Shown: piece after piece, positions 46,271-55,904 of the stretch
Layout: each line of letters begins with the position of its first letter
Numbering within the stretch: the stretch's first letter is position 1
From: Bacteroidota bacterium
GTDB taxonomy: Bacteria > Bacteroidota > Ignavibacteria > UBA10030 > UBA8401
Assembly (NCBI GenBank): GCA_035500675.1
Contig: DATJXA010000066.1
Coordinates: forward strand, 1,169 to 65,168
Reading direction: 5' to 3'
Length of the DNA stretch: 64,000 nt
The notes under the pieces: generated by a model
What the model saw: only the letters and a program-made list of their open reading frames with translations
Told to the model about the DNA's origin: nothing
Database searches by the model: none
Program-made: the position numbers and the translations under genes

Positions 46271-48823
46271 TTATCCAATTAGTGCATGTTTAAATTGAGC
46301 GGGGACCGTACCCGCACGGACGACGATAATGTGTTCTCCTTTTTTGGTCGGAAATGTCAACAGCGATCCGCTTAAACTTTCTTCCTTTTCGCCGTTGCGA
46401 TACACGGTGACGCCGGCTTCCCCCCACGGATTTTGTAAGCGGCATTCTCCTCCGACCTGTGATCGCAGCTCAACGAATTCAATTTGACCGTTCCGCTGGG
46501 ACGAACTCACGAGAAATCCGCCTCGAGCGAGCAAATCGAACTCGGCATCCCATTCTTTCGGCCATGATGCGAACACTTGAATGACCGGATCATCGCCGGG
46601 ATTTTTCGACGTATTGGCAAGCAGAGAAGAATGAACGCCCGACGTCAAGCCGCCAATATGTTCCGCATCGATCGCGCCGGGACCCTCGCGCAATCTCAGA
46701 CGGTTTCTGAATATTTGTCCGCCGCCGATTCCCGTCGTATCGATGAATCCGCCGGTCCGGTCAAAATTGAGGAACATGCTTTTCAATTCTTTTTCCGAAC
46801 CCATCGGCTCGATTGCGCCGGGGCCGCCGTACACAAACGCTCCATAGCCCCCACGGCCTCTGCCGAATCGGCGAGGACGCTCGGGCAGCTGCACAAGGTT
46901 ATCAACGATATCTTGCCAAAGCGGCCGGAGTTCCTCATCGACGCCAAGAATTTCGGACGCACGGATCGCAAGCGGAAAGATCATCTTTATCGCGTTTATT
47001 TCGTTCGAAGGATCCGACCCGTTCCAATCGCTTTCACCGTTATTCACATGATGAATATGATATTTACCGTCGGCCTCTTTCTTGAAGTTCGGGAAGTTTC
47101 GATAGAATTCAGCCGACCCTTTGATCATCGGATATGCCCGGTCGCGAAGCCATGCAGTGTCCATCGTAAACTCGTAACGCTGCCAATAGAGCGATGCGAT
47201 CTTCGCTCCCGACGCAAGAATGTGAGTGCAATGACCGAAGATACCGTCAACGGCATCCGGAGAGGAAAAACGTTGTGGTTGGGTGGATGCTTTCGTCGGC
47301 ACGATGTAATGTCCTTGATCCCACGTTCCGTCGTCCTCGAAATTCCAACGCGCATGATGACGCGTCTTCGTTTCGATGAACCATTGAAATTTTGCGGAAC
47401 GCTGGTCGTACGGCTTCCGGACCAACATGAGGTCTTGCAGCTCGGCAGCGATATCGTCGGGCAATTTTTCAAGCCCATCGAATGCGACAATTTCGGGTAT
47501 CCAGATGCCCTTCGACCCCCACTGTTGCTGCGCAGCGATCGCGCACGACTCGTACATCCCGCTGTACATCGAGAACATCGGGTCCATCAACTCCATCCTG
47601 TTGGCAGGCATGAGATTGCTATAATAGGCGCTGGTGTTCGCCCACCAATACTCGGAACCCCACCGGCGCATATCTCCGTTGGTGTTGAAAAGCAATCCGC
47701 CAAACCTCGGTGGATATTTCCCGAGGGAGGTCGAACCCATGATGTAGAGAAAGTACGTATAGTTTTGTTCGACGAAGTCGGCCTGTCCGTCGCCGCTGTG
47801 CATATGGACAAACCCTTTCGACCAAAAATTATCCCACCATGCGTCATTCTCCTTTTGAAGCGCTGAGAAAGCTTTTCCGTTCACAGCGTTCAATTGTGCC
47901 AACGCCAGCCCGGCAATATCTTGCTTCGGGTCGAAGCTTGCCGCGCTTGCAATAAGGATCATGAACTTTCCGTCCGCCGACGCTGCAGAAAGTTGCGCCG
48001 TCGATTCGTTTAAAAACCGCGCCCGCGATTTTCTGCCGACGACCTGAATTGCAACGGACGATGCTTTATAATACTCATGCTCTTGATAGCGCTGTGTGAG
48101 AATAATTCTCCCATTGTCGATGAGAAGCTGCGACGTTGCGGTATGCTCTGCTGTATGGATTTCGACGGAGTGGGTTTTTGCAAGCTCGTAACTTTTATTA
48201 TAGATGCATTCGATCGCAAACCGAAGCATCCTGAGGTCGACATTGACGGCAGAAGGCGTTTTCCTATGGTCGTCGATTTCAACTGCTATCACGTCTTTCC
48301 CGTGTAGCGCAAAAACTTTTGCCGTGACGCCGCGGCCTTGGGCGATCATAAGACCGTCGTATACGGAGAGATGTTGCCTGAACTCCTTCCCCTCAAACAC
48401 ATCGTCTCCCGCATCGACGAGGTTAATATCGACATACCCGCAACTGCTCCCGTAATCGCTGTCCGCGCGGGGAAAACTTACCGACGCCGCGTCGCAGGCA
48501 AAAACGTCCACCCGATTAATCTGGAATTTTAGCGCGGAAGAGGTCGTCCACACAAGGCTTCCTGTGACGCCGTTACCGATCGGCAACCCTTCTTCGCTCC
48601 GAGTTGCGGGCGTGGTGTATGTCAAATCTGCTCTCGAAACTAATTTTTTTAAATTCACTTTCAGCAAATCTCCGTCGCCCTCCGCACATCGTGCAGAGGC
48701 AGTGAGAACGACGATGTAGACAATTGTCATCGTCAAAGAACGCATAAATCCGGGATTTGATATTCTCATGGTGTTTCTCCAAAATCTGAAATAAATGAAC
48801 CAACGCCGTGGCGGTTCATTCAC
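46271..48823 (-). CDS. Large secreted six-hairpin-glycosidase-like protein (distantly GH95-like; family uncertain)
   Basis: 'RWGSEYWWANTSAYYSNLMPANRMELMDPMF...AQQQWGSKGIWIPE' loosely parallels the GH95 'NIN.QMNYWPA...' region. About 830 aa. The start is uncertain; alternative M codons lie at 48769 and later. Confidence 0.45.
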   Translation of the reverse strand: MNEPPRRWFIYFRFWRNTMRISNPGFMRSLTMTIVYIVVLTASARCAEGDGDLLKVNLKKLVSRADLTYTTPATRSEEGLPIGNGVTGSLVWTTSSALKFQINRVDVFACDAASVSFPRADSDYGSSCGYVDINLVDAGDDVFEGKEFRQHLSVYDGLMIAQGRGVTAKVFALHGKDVIAVEIDDHRKTPSAVNVDLRMLRFAIECIYNKSYELAKTHSVEIHTAEHTATSQLLIDNGRIILTQRYQEHEYYKASSVAIQVVGRKSRARFLNESTAQLSAASADGKFMILIASAASFDPKQDIAGLALAQLNAVNGKAFSALQKENDAWWDNFWSKGFVHMHSGDGQADFVEQNYTYFLYIMGSTSLGKYPPRFGGLLFNTNGDMRRWGSEYWWANTSAYYSNLMPANRMELMDPMFSMYSGMYESCAIAAQQQWGSKGIWIPEIVAFDGLEKLPDDIAAELQDLMLVRKPYDQRSAKFQWFIETKTRHHARWNFEDDGTWDQGHYIVPTKASTQPQRFSSPDAVDGIFGHCTHILASGAKIASLYWQRYEFTMDTAWLRDRAYPMIKGSAEFYRNFPNFKKEADGKYHIHHVNNGESDWNGSDPSNEINAIKMIFPLAIRASEILGVDEELRPLWQDIVDNLVQLPERPRRFGRGRGGYGAFVYGGPGAIEPMGSEKELKSMFLNFDRTGGFIDTTGIGGGQIFRNRLRLREGPGAIDAEHIGGLTSGVHSSLLANTSKNPGDDPVIQVFASWPKEWDAEFDLLARGGFLVSSSQRNGQIEFVELRSQVGGECRLQNPWGEAGVTVYRNGEKEESLSGSLLTFPTKKGEHIIVVRAGTVPAQFKHALIG

Positions 48824-48829
48824 ATTGTG

Positions 48830-49924
48830 TTACTTTGCTTTTGCCGTGTTGCTATAAGCAGAATTGCCGCCGGCATTCTCACTCCTTATCCGATAATAAC
48901 AGAGAAATTGATTGCCGATGTTCGTGTCATCGTATGATCGTACCTCTCCCTTTGCCATTCCAAGAAAAGACCAGCGGTTTCCATCCATCGACCGTTCGAC
49001 CCTAAACTGCCCGGCTTTGACACTATCACACGACCAGCTCAGATGCACCACACTAGAGGAGGGACTGGCCACGCGCAGCGCAGTCGGAACCGGCGGGGCG
49101 GGCAACGTTTCTCCTTCTGCAAGATAGATGTCGGCAAAAAGAACAGACTCGTCGCGCAAGTAAGGCAAAGCTTTTAGACTGCGATACAATCCCCACTTCG
49201 GTTTGTTCCACGTTGCGCCCGGCCTCCATAAGATGATGTCGGGGTTACTGTAATGGAGCATCAGCGAATCGTCGCTCACTCGCCGGAGCGTGAGATCGAT
49301 GGATCCATGCGCCTCATATTTCACCCGTTCAATCGCTTCGACCCAGGTCCCTTTGAACGGCGCTAGGTCGACTTCCGCCACAACTCCGCTTCCTTGCTCG
49401 CCTTTAGGCGCCGTATAAATGACCTGAAGCTTGTCCGGAGTGCCATAACGCGGCGTGATCGTGATGATCGGCGCCCCCGCTTGCGGGCCGTTTCCCGCTT
49501 TTATCTGGTGAATGTGACAGAACATCGGGGAGGCTTGAAATCCGGAATCAAGTTTAAATTTCCAGCGGTAGGTGTGCGTTTCTCCGAGCTCACCTCGCAT
49601 CGTTGCTGGCGAAGCAAGTGTGTCGGTAGTAATTTCACAGCGTTGGCGGTCGAAATTTTTGCAGCGATCGTTGTCGATATCTTTATGGAGCGTGAACGCG
49701 AAGACATGTTCCTTCAGGCCGCCATCCCATTGCTCTGTAATATGACGAACGGGATGGATGCAGTCGGGAAGTTCGAGAATGTACCCCATCGACGTAATCC
49801 TCTTGTAAGCATCCCCCGTACTGTCCGCCCCCATGAAAATTTGAGACTGAGCCGTTGCACATGATACAAACGCAAGCAGCAGTGCGGGCACGGCGACGAT
49901 TTTTCCCATGTTCATAACGCTCAA
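48830..49924 (-). CDS. Secreted ConA-like/polysaccharide-lyase-like protein with C-terminal fibronectin type III domain (function tentative)
   Basis: The signal/lipobox is 'ALLLAFVSCATAQS'. The central motif is 'MFCHIHQIKAGNG'. The C-terminus 'PVPTALRVASPSSSVVHLSWS...FRVERSMDGNRWSFLG...YYRIRSENAGGNSAYS' is Fn3-like. Confidence 0.4.
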   Translation of the reverse strand: MSVMNMGKIVAVPALLLAFVSCATAQSQIFMGADSTGDAYKRITSMGYILELPDCIHPVRHITEQWDGGLKEHVFAFTLHKDIDNDRCKNFDRQRCEITTDTLASPATMRGELGETHTYRWKFKLDSGFQASPMFCHIHQIKAGNGPQAGAPIITITPRYGTPDKLQVIYTAPKGEQGSGVVAEVDLAPFKGTWVEAIERVKYEAHGSIDLTLRRVSDDSLMLHYSNPDIILWRPGATWNKPKWGLYRSLKALPYLRDESVLFADIYLAEGETLPAPPVPTALRVASPSSSVVHLSWSCDSVKAGQFRVERSMDGNRWSFLGMAKGEVRSYDDTNIGNQFLCYYRIRSENAGGNSAYSNTAKAK

Positions 49925-49931
49925 TTTATCG

Positions 49932-51962
49932 TTACTCTGACAAGTCCAGTTCTGGCTTCACCTCATACGTTCCATTATTCCGATCGATCGTCACGGTCGT
50001 TCCGTCCGAGAATGTGGTGCGTTCTCTCTTATGGTCTTTATCCAGAAATTCATGATTGGTCATCTCGAGCAGCGCTACCCGTTTGTGCAATGCGACAATC
50101 GCGCGCAAAAAATCCATCGCTTTTTTGTTCTCGATGTCGTGCGGCAGGTCAGGATACGCTCCATTCAGGAGACATCGAAGAGGGTCTCTCATTCCACCTT
50201 CGGGCGTGAGCACGGCGTCGTGATACACAAGCTCATACAGCGGGACAGAGATGCATCGACCGCCTGCCGCATCGGTCGTGTAGTCGACGTATGGGATCAC
50301 CCAATCGGAACCGGCTTCCGTTCCGACCACGCCAAGGTTTGCGCGGACCCAATCGAAACACCGGGCCCGATACTCCATGCATTGAGCCCGTGTCAGCGGA
50401 TGTTCGGGATTGAAATCTTCTGTGGGCGGAACATAACCGAACACATCCAAGTAACTTCCTTCGGTCTTGATTCCGTGTTCCAAGATCAGTTGATAATTTT
50501 TAATAAGGTGTCCGAGTGCATAACGCGCATCGAGATACGTCATTGCACCCCCATCCCAATGGTCCATAAACGGGAGGTATCCCTCTTTCCAGAAACCAAA
50601 CCGCGTTCCCGGAAATGCTGTAGCCGGAGTGACGGTATCTTGTTCGTGAATGGCAAATTGTCGGTCGAAGGATGGCGCGTCCGTATAATAATCGCGGTAC
50701 TGGTCGTGAAGGTCATAGATATAGCCAAGTTCCTTGCATGCGTCGGCCCAGCGTTTGAGTCCATCCCATCCTCCGGCCTCGGGAGCTGGCGGCAATGCGT
50801 CCGGATGCTGACGGTCGTACCCCATGTACGGCCAGCCGGTCAGCGTGACACATAGTCGAGCGATCCCCTTCGCTTTATATGCGCGGAGCTGTTTGATCCG
50901 TTCGTCGAATGTCGTCACTTCATAATTCTTTCCAGGGTTTGTTGTATCGTAGCGAAATCCGCCGGGCCTGTAATTTCTTTTTGCCGACATTCGGATTTGC
51001 GGAGTGCCGATCAGTTCAGCGACAAGCGGATCGCGTGCAATCTTTTCTTTGAGCGACACAAACTGCCCCTTGTCCATGACATATCGCCGATACCGTTTTG
51101 CCATCGTTACATAATTGCCTTCTGGAATAAAGCAAAAGCGCACAGAACGCATGTATGCGAGCCTTCCGAGCGATTCTCGCCACCGGGGGCCTATCACCGT
51201 GGGGCCGCCGGCGGGGTGGTTGAATTTGTATGCCGCATCGTCGGGAGTTTCGACGATCACCACCATTGCCGACTTGCCTTTCTGAAATCCCCACCAGGAC
51301 ATCGACCAACATTCGATGAGATTGCTCTCGACAAAACTCTTATCCGTTCCGCCATGGTTGATCGGATCGTAGGCCTCAGGCCAGTTGCGTGGGAGCAAAT
51401 TGCCTCTGCCGTTGCTCAATGCAGTGTAGTCGACATCGCTCGCGTCCAATTCTTTCGGCCAGTCCAATTGCCAAACGGACGCGTCATGTTCGACGGCTGC
51501 GATATCGCAGACCACATCCTCATCCTTCCCTTCCAGACACACGGTGAGACTCAACGCAAGGCCGGGTATAATGGCGGCAGCTGAAAGGCTGCTGCTGTGA
51601 AATTTGCCCAACGTTATTTTTATGCCCGTTTTAAACCCTGCGTCGTACGGTTTGATCTCAATGCTGCCGGCATCTGCAAGACGGACGAAAAACTTTTTCT
51701 CCTGGAACTGGACTATCATGTCGCTGTCGTCCGATGCGACCATCCTCCACGGCACTCCATGGGCGTCGATAATCATGCCGAGGTCCGATTCGTTCACTCG
51801 AATGGTGTTTTTCTTCCCCGCGATGACCCACGCGCCCGCAGGGTGAGTCACTGTCACCAACGGCGCACCCCATTGATCCCGCGGAAGCACTTGCGCATCA
51901 CCGAGATGAAGGAGCAGAATGGATGCAATTGATAGGAAAAGGAGATTGCTGATATTTCTCAT
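49932..51962 (-). CDS. Large secreted protein of unrecognised family (candidate glycoside hydrolase)
   Basis: The likely start 'MRNISNLLFLSIASILLLHLGDAQV' is at 51962, 1 nt after the SGNH gene stop. No motif was recognised by eye. The gene is embedded in the CAZyme operon. Confidence 0.4.
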   Translation of the reverse strand: MRNISNLLFLSIASILLLHLGDAQVLPRDQWGAPLVTVTHPAGAWVIAGKKNTIRVNESDLGMIIDAHGVPWRMVASDDSDMIVQFQEKKFFVRLADAGSIEIKPYDAGFKTGIKITLGKFHSSSLSAAAIIPGLALSLTVCLEGKDEDVVCDIAAVEHDASVWQLDWPKELDASDVDYTALSNGRGNLLPRNWPEAYDPINHGGTDKSFVESNLIECWSMSWWGFQKGKSAMVVIVETPDDAAYKFNHPAGGPTVIGPRWRESLGRLAYMRSVRFCFIPEGNYVTMAKRYRRYVMDKGQFVSLKEKIARDPLVAELIGTPQIRMSAKRNYRPGGFRYDTTNPGKNYEVTTFDERIKQLRAYKAKGIARLCVTLTGWPYMGYDRQHPDALPPAPEAGGWDGLKRWADACKELGYIYDLHDQYRDYYTDAPSFDRQFAIHEQDTVTPATAFPGTRFGFWKEGYLPFMDHWDGGAMTYLDARYALGHLIKNYQLILEHGIKTEGSYLDVFGYVPPTEDFNPEHPLTRAQCMEYRARCFDWVRANLGVVGTEAGSDWVIPYVDYTTDAAGGRCISVPLYELVYHDAVLTPEGGMRDPLRCLLNGAYPDLPHDIENKKAMDFLRAIVALHKRVALLEMTNHEFLDKDHKRERTTFSDGTTVTIDRNNGTYEVKPELDLSE

Positions 51963-51963
51963 T

Positions 51964-52668
51964 TCATTCTCCCAATGCGGCGAGCATAAGGTTTGCGACA
52001 AAACGATTGCCTTCCGGATTTAAATGCACGCCATCGACCGTCAACACCCCTTTTTCTTTATCCTCAGGGTTGTTTGCGGAAAGATATTCAACAAAGGCCT
52101 TGTGGAGGTCGCAGAGTTGGCAGTCCATTTCCTTCGCCACGCGGCGGCTGATGGAGACGTATTCTTCGAGCATGCCGTCCTGAGCATTCCCGTGGTTTTT
52201 TTTCTCTCCGATGACGCTTGGCGTGCAGAGAATAACGCGCGCCCCGCCTTTCTGAATTTTCTCTATAATATCTTTAAGCCCGCTCTCGTATTGTTCTTTT
52301 GTCGTTCCTCGGTTTTCCTTCCAATGCCACACGTCGTTGATCCCTATGTAAATGAAAACCAGCGTCGGGTGTTTTTCGAGAACGTCCCGATCGAGCCGTT
52401 GCTGGAGGTCGGGAACTCTGTTGCCGCTGACCCCGGCCCCGATGACTTCAATACCCCAACCGGGATGCTTTATTGAAAGTGTGTCGCTGATCAACGTTAC
52501 AAAACCGTCCGGCTTTACGCCTGCATGAGTAATCGAATCGCCGAGGAAAATAATACGCTCGCCCTTTTGAACTCTCACAAGGTTGCTCGCGCATGCCGAG
52601 ATGCCAAGCAGTGCAGCGATCCACAAGGTCTTTCGGATCGATTGAAAATTAATGTTGTGTGTGTTCAT
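51964..52668 (-). CDS. SGNH/GDSL hydrolase (carbohydrate acetylesterase, CE12-like)
   Basis: Block I 'IIFLGDSITHAG', block III 'IYIGINDVW' and block V 'DGVHLNPEGNRFVA'. A signal peptide is present. Confidence 0.8.
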   Translation of the reverse strand: MNTHNINFQSIRKTLWIAALLGISACASNLVRVQKGERIIFLGDSITHAGVKPDGFVTLISDTLSIKHPGWGIEVIGAGVSGNRVPDLQQRLDRDVLEKHPTLVFIYIGINDVWHWKENRGTTKEQYESGLKDIIEKIQKGGARVILCTPSVIGEKKNHGNAQDGMLEEYVSISRRVAKEMDCQLCDLHKAFVEYLSANNPEDKEKGVLTVDGVHLNPEGNRFVANLMLAALGE

Positions 52669-52700
52669 TTGTCTTTTTCCTCAATTGAATCAAAAACGTT

Positions 52701-54182
52701 TCATTGAAGAACGGGCGAGTTCCTGGCCACCAGGCCCTTCACATCTTCGAAGCGCGACGGACGAACGCCGGGAGCGACATGCGCTTTAAAATTATCGATC
52801 TCGAGGCCATTGACGTCGACACAGACGATGGGCGGACGGAAATCCTCGCGCTCGACCATGAGATTCATATCCGCCAACTCAAGCCCCGTCACGTGCCGCG
52901 CAAAAACGCCGTACGCAGGCGTGATCCCGATTTTGCTCGGCTCGGGATATCCCTTTCCCAATTCCGGCGGAACGCGATCGGCATCCTCCTTCGTCCCGCC
53001 TCCTTTGAAAGAGATCAAAATATTCTGGAGCCGCACATTTTCGATCGGATCGTCCGGCATTCCGGTGATGTGAACGCCGCTCATCGAATCAACGCCTGTC
53101 GCGATGACGTCGGAGATGAAAATATTACGCGCAATCCCCATGGTGAGACTGTCCGGTCCCCGATTGCGCTTGCCAAGTGTGATGTAGATCGGATAGCCGC
53201 ATACGTTCATCATGGTAATGTTCGAGATGCTGATGTTTTCCATAATGCCGCCGTCGACTTCTTCGAGAGCGAGCCCCCGGCAATCGCGGAAGGTGCAATT
53301 GGAAACGGTGATGTTCCGGAACCCGCCGTTCGATTCGGTGCCGAACTTGATCCGCCCGGTTTTCGACCTGCTGGGCCTCATCGTCCCGTCAAGCAGCGTC
53401 CCTTCCTCGTAGCCGGAAACCTGGCAATTCACGATCGTCACGTTCTCGGTGATCATGCGTCTGCCGAGGGCGAAGCTGCTCTTGGGGCACAGCCCGTCAT
53501 CGTTAGGAGAATTGATGCGGCAGTTCGACACCGTTGCGCTCTGCACGCAGTCCAGATCGATGCCGTCGCGGTCGGTATCGATTGTAACGTTATCGATGGT
53601 CAGATTTTTACAGCCGGTCACAAGGATTGCAAAGTGACCGCCGTGAAAAATTGTGATATCACGAATGAGAACATGGCGACATTCTTTAAGCGCAACAGCT
53701 TTGTCGCCGAGAACGATCGGCCCGCCGCCGACTTCTTTGTCCTTCCGTGTGAGCCCGCCTCCGTTGATCATCCCGTATCCAGTGATCGAAACGTTCTCAA
53801 GGTTTTCCCCCCACAGAAGGCTATTATGAAAATAGGTATGACCGCCGTCCTGGTATGCTCTGCCCTCGAATGGCTCGGGGGGATCGTAGGCATTTAACTC
53901 CTGCGGAGCGCCCAGGATCGTTGCGCCGGCATCGAGAAAGAGATTGATATTGCTCTTGAGATGGATGCTGCCGGATAAATACGTTCCGGCCGGCACGTCA
54001 ACGGTACCTCCCCCTTTTTGAAAGCATGCTTCAATTGTTTTATTGATCGCCGGGCTGTCGAGAGTTTTTCCGTCGCCGAGGGCGCCGAAATCTCTCACAT
54101 TGAATACGGCCTGCGCGCGCAACGACGCATTTAGCAGAAGTGCGATGGAAAGCACAGTCAAAAAATATTTGAACATTGTCAT
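52701..54182 (-). CDS. Glycoside hydrolase family 28 (second paralog), secreted
   Basis: 'VFNVRDFGALGDGKTLDSPAINKTIEAC', 'DTDRDGIDLD', 'SPNDDGLCPKS' and 'GRIKFGTES'. Confidence 0.85.
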   Translation of the reverse strand: MTMFKYFLTVLSIALLLNASLRAQAVFNVRDFGALGDGKTLDSPAINKTIEACFQKGGGTVDVPAGTYLSGSIHLKSNINLFLDAGATILGAPQELNAYDPPEPFEGRAYQDGGHTYFHNSLLWGENLENVSITGYGMINGGGLTRKDKEVGGGPIVLGDKAVALKECRHVLIRDITIFHGGHFAILVTGCKNLTIDNVTIDTDRDGIDLDCVQSATVSNCRINSPNDDGLCPKSSFALGRRMITENVTIVNCQVSGYEEGTLLDGTMRPSRSKTGRIKFGTESNGGFRNITVSNCTFRDCRGLALEEVDGGIMENISISNITMMNVCGYPIYITLGKRNRGPDSLTMGIARNIFISDVIATGVDSMSGVHITGMPDDPIENVRLQNILISFKGGGTKEDADRVPPELGKGYPEPSKIGITPAYGVFARHVTGLELADMNLMVEREDFRPPIVCVDVNGLEIDNFKAHVAPGVRPSRFEDVKGLVARNSPVLQ

Positions 54183-54225
54183 TGTCCTTTTTAAAAGTGA
54201 AACTGGACGGCGGGAAGTTTATCCT

Positions 54226-55659
54226 TCAACGAACCGTTATTTTTACGACCGCGGCAGTTGCGCCCGGCACTGTAACTGCGAAATCATTTTTTCCATCGGA
54301 TTTCTCTAATGGGGTCCACCGTCCACTCCATGTCTCATCTTCGTTTATCTGAGCGCCTCCGAGCATGATGCCTGATTTTGCGGCGATATCTCCGTGCGGA
54401 GCTTCCAGAAAGATCGTGCTGCCTTTCCTAAAAGGATCCCTTGATGCAATGGTAACGATTGCACTCCTTGCTTGCGGACCGCTTTCTCTATTGATGATCG
54501 TGATGTACAACGATTTGTCTCCCGATGCAACTCCGTACACCGAAACCTGAACGCTGTCGCTATTCGATATCAGCCGCACCGGGACGATCGAGCCATGACA
54601 TCCAAGGTCGAACGCTTTTATGGCATAGCCGAGAGGATGAACCGTATAACCTTTCGGAGAAGTCCAGAAAACTGCATAACGGCAGGGATTTGTCCCTCCT
54701 CCCGCCGCCACGCTGTCGCCCGTGTGAAAATTTAAACCGATCGCTCCGTGTGCGGCCCACCAATAAAGGTAATCGAGTCCCCAAAGGGCGGAAGCAAAAG
54801 TATCGCTGACGTCCGGCGCTCCACCGTTATAGAAATTGTTCGTCTCTTCGATCCTGTATGTCAAACCTTGCGCACGAACAGCCGGAACGAAAGAGTCATA
54901 GAACGCTTGATACGATTCTTCCCATGACGAAGAGAGCATTGCCCGTCGCGCCGCAGATTGATCCTGAACCTTCATACCGTTTCCCCCGGGGTATGCGTGC
55001 TGCGCAATGAATTTGATTCGTCCAGAATTGCCAAAGTCGGATGCAAATTCGCGGCACCATTCCGCTTTTCCCGGCGTGGAACAAGGCCCGCAAAACATCG
55101 CCTCGGAGGCGTTCTGCGGCTCGGTAATGCGGTCGACGTACCTCTTCCATTCATCGCGGTAAGCCGGATATTCTTTTGCAAAAACGTTCGGTTCATTACC
55201 GATCGCAAAGCAAGAGAGTTCAGATGCATAGCGACGCATGATATATGCCGCCGTTTCCGCTGCGTTGTCTGCATTGCCTTCCTTCAACCGCAATGTATAA
55301 ATGATCTTTACCCCCGCAGATTTTGCAAAACCAAAAAGGTAATCGATGTCCGTGTGAGTCGGGATCGGTACTGTTTGACGATCGGCTGTGTTTCCGCCGA
55401 TTCGAATGTTTTTAATTCCCAGGAGTTTGATTAAAGCGATGAGCCCGTGATTTTCGGAGCTAAAAAAATGACCTCCCGTTTTATCGGTGAGCATTTTTTC
55501 GGTTTCGAAACTTAATCCCATAAAATCTGCTGGAACTTCAGCAATCATTTGTTTGGTGTCGACATACGCAGTAACCGGGGACTGCGCTTTTACTCCCGAT
55601 GCATATACGCCCATTGCGACTGCAAAAATCAATTTTAAAGATGCTTCGGGTCTTTTCAT
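54226..55659 (-). CDS. Clan GH-A TIM-barrel glycosidase, GH79-like (beta-glucuronidase-like; tentative)
   Basis: 'IKNIRIGGNTADRQ' and 'CFAIGNEPNVF' (acid/base NEP box). A C-terminal beta-sandwich and a signal peptide are present. Confidence 0.5.
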   Translation of the reverse strand: MKRPEASLKLIFAVAMGVYASGVKAQSPVTAYVDTKQMIAEVPADFMGLSFETEKMLTDKTGGHFFSSENHGLIALIKLLGIKNIRIGGNTADRQTVPIPTHTDIDYLFGFAKSAGVKIIYTLRLKEGNADNAAETAAYIMRRYASELSCFAIGNEPNVFAKEYPAYRDEWKRYVDRITEPQNASEAMFCGPCSTPGKAEWCREFASDFGNSGRIKFIAQHAYPGGNGMKVQDQSAARRAMLSSSWEESYQAFYDSFVPAVRAQGLTYRIEETNNFYNGGAPDVSDTFASALWGLDYLYWWAAHGAIGLNFHTGDSVAAGGGTNPCRYAVFWTSPKGYTVHPLGYAIKAFDLGCHGSIVPVRLISNSDSVQVSVYGVASGDKSLYITIINRESGPQARSAIVTIASRDPFRKGSTIFLEAPHGDIAAKSGIMLGGAQINEDETWSGRWTPLEKSDGKNDFAVTVPGATAAVVKITVR

Positions 55660-55741
55660 TTTCTTTCGGATGGTCCTGCCGTAGGTAACAGACTTAGGCG
55701 GGGAGTGTTTTCGTGCGTTCAGATGTCAGCAATGGGGATAT

Positions 55742-55782
55742 GCGGAACCCCAAATGCTACGAAATTAGGTTTGGGTATCCGC
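55742..55782. repeat. Imperfect intergenic inverted repeat
   Basis: GCGGAACCCCAAA (55742-55754) / TTTGGGTATCCGC (55770-55782) match 11 of 13 positions. Confidence 0.35.
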
Positions 55783-55860
55783 AAGAATAATACAATCTTC
55801 TGGCACAGCTCCGAGTGCAACGAAAAGCACAGCCACGTTTGAGGCTGAGATGTTATGAGT

Positions 55861-55894
55861 AAAAACGGGGCTGAGCGATTTCGCGCTCAGCCCC
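55861..55894 (-). terminator. Rho-independent terminator after the T9SS beta-helix gene
   Basis: The stem GGGGCTGAGCG / CGCTCAGCCCC (55867-55894) has a 6-nt loop. On the minus strand it is followed by GTTTTT. It lies 10 nt after the stop at 55905. Confidence 0.7.
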
Positions 55895-55904
55895 TTGTCC
55901 CACA

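Noticed and set aside
46577-47866. Very long antisense ORFs. Examples: 429 aa at 46577-47866, 397 aa at 52704-53897, 317 aa at 6760-7713, 326 aa at 880-1860, 274 aa at 50031-50855, 241 aa at 42731-43456.
   Set aside because: Each lies opposite a gene with clear family motifs (GH95-like, GH28, NTP-transferase 'GDGVRLKP', and so on). Their translations are Arg/His/Pro-rich and carry no motifs. The 880-1860 ORF even spans a gene boundary. Such shadow ORFs arise when the sense codon usage avoids the codons that read as stops on the opposite strand.
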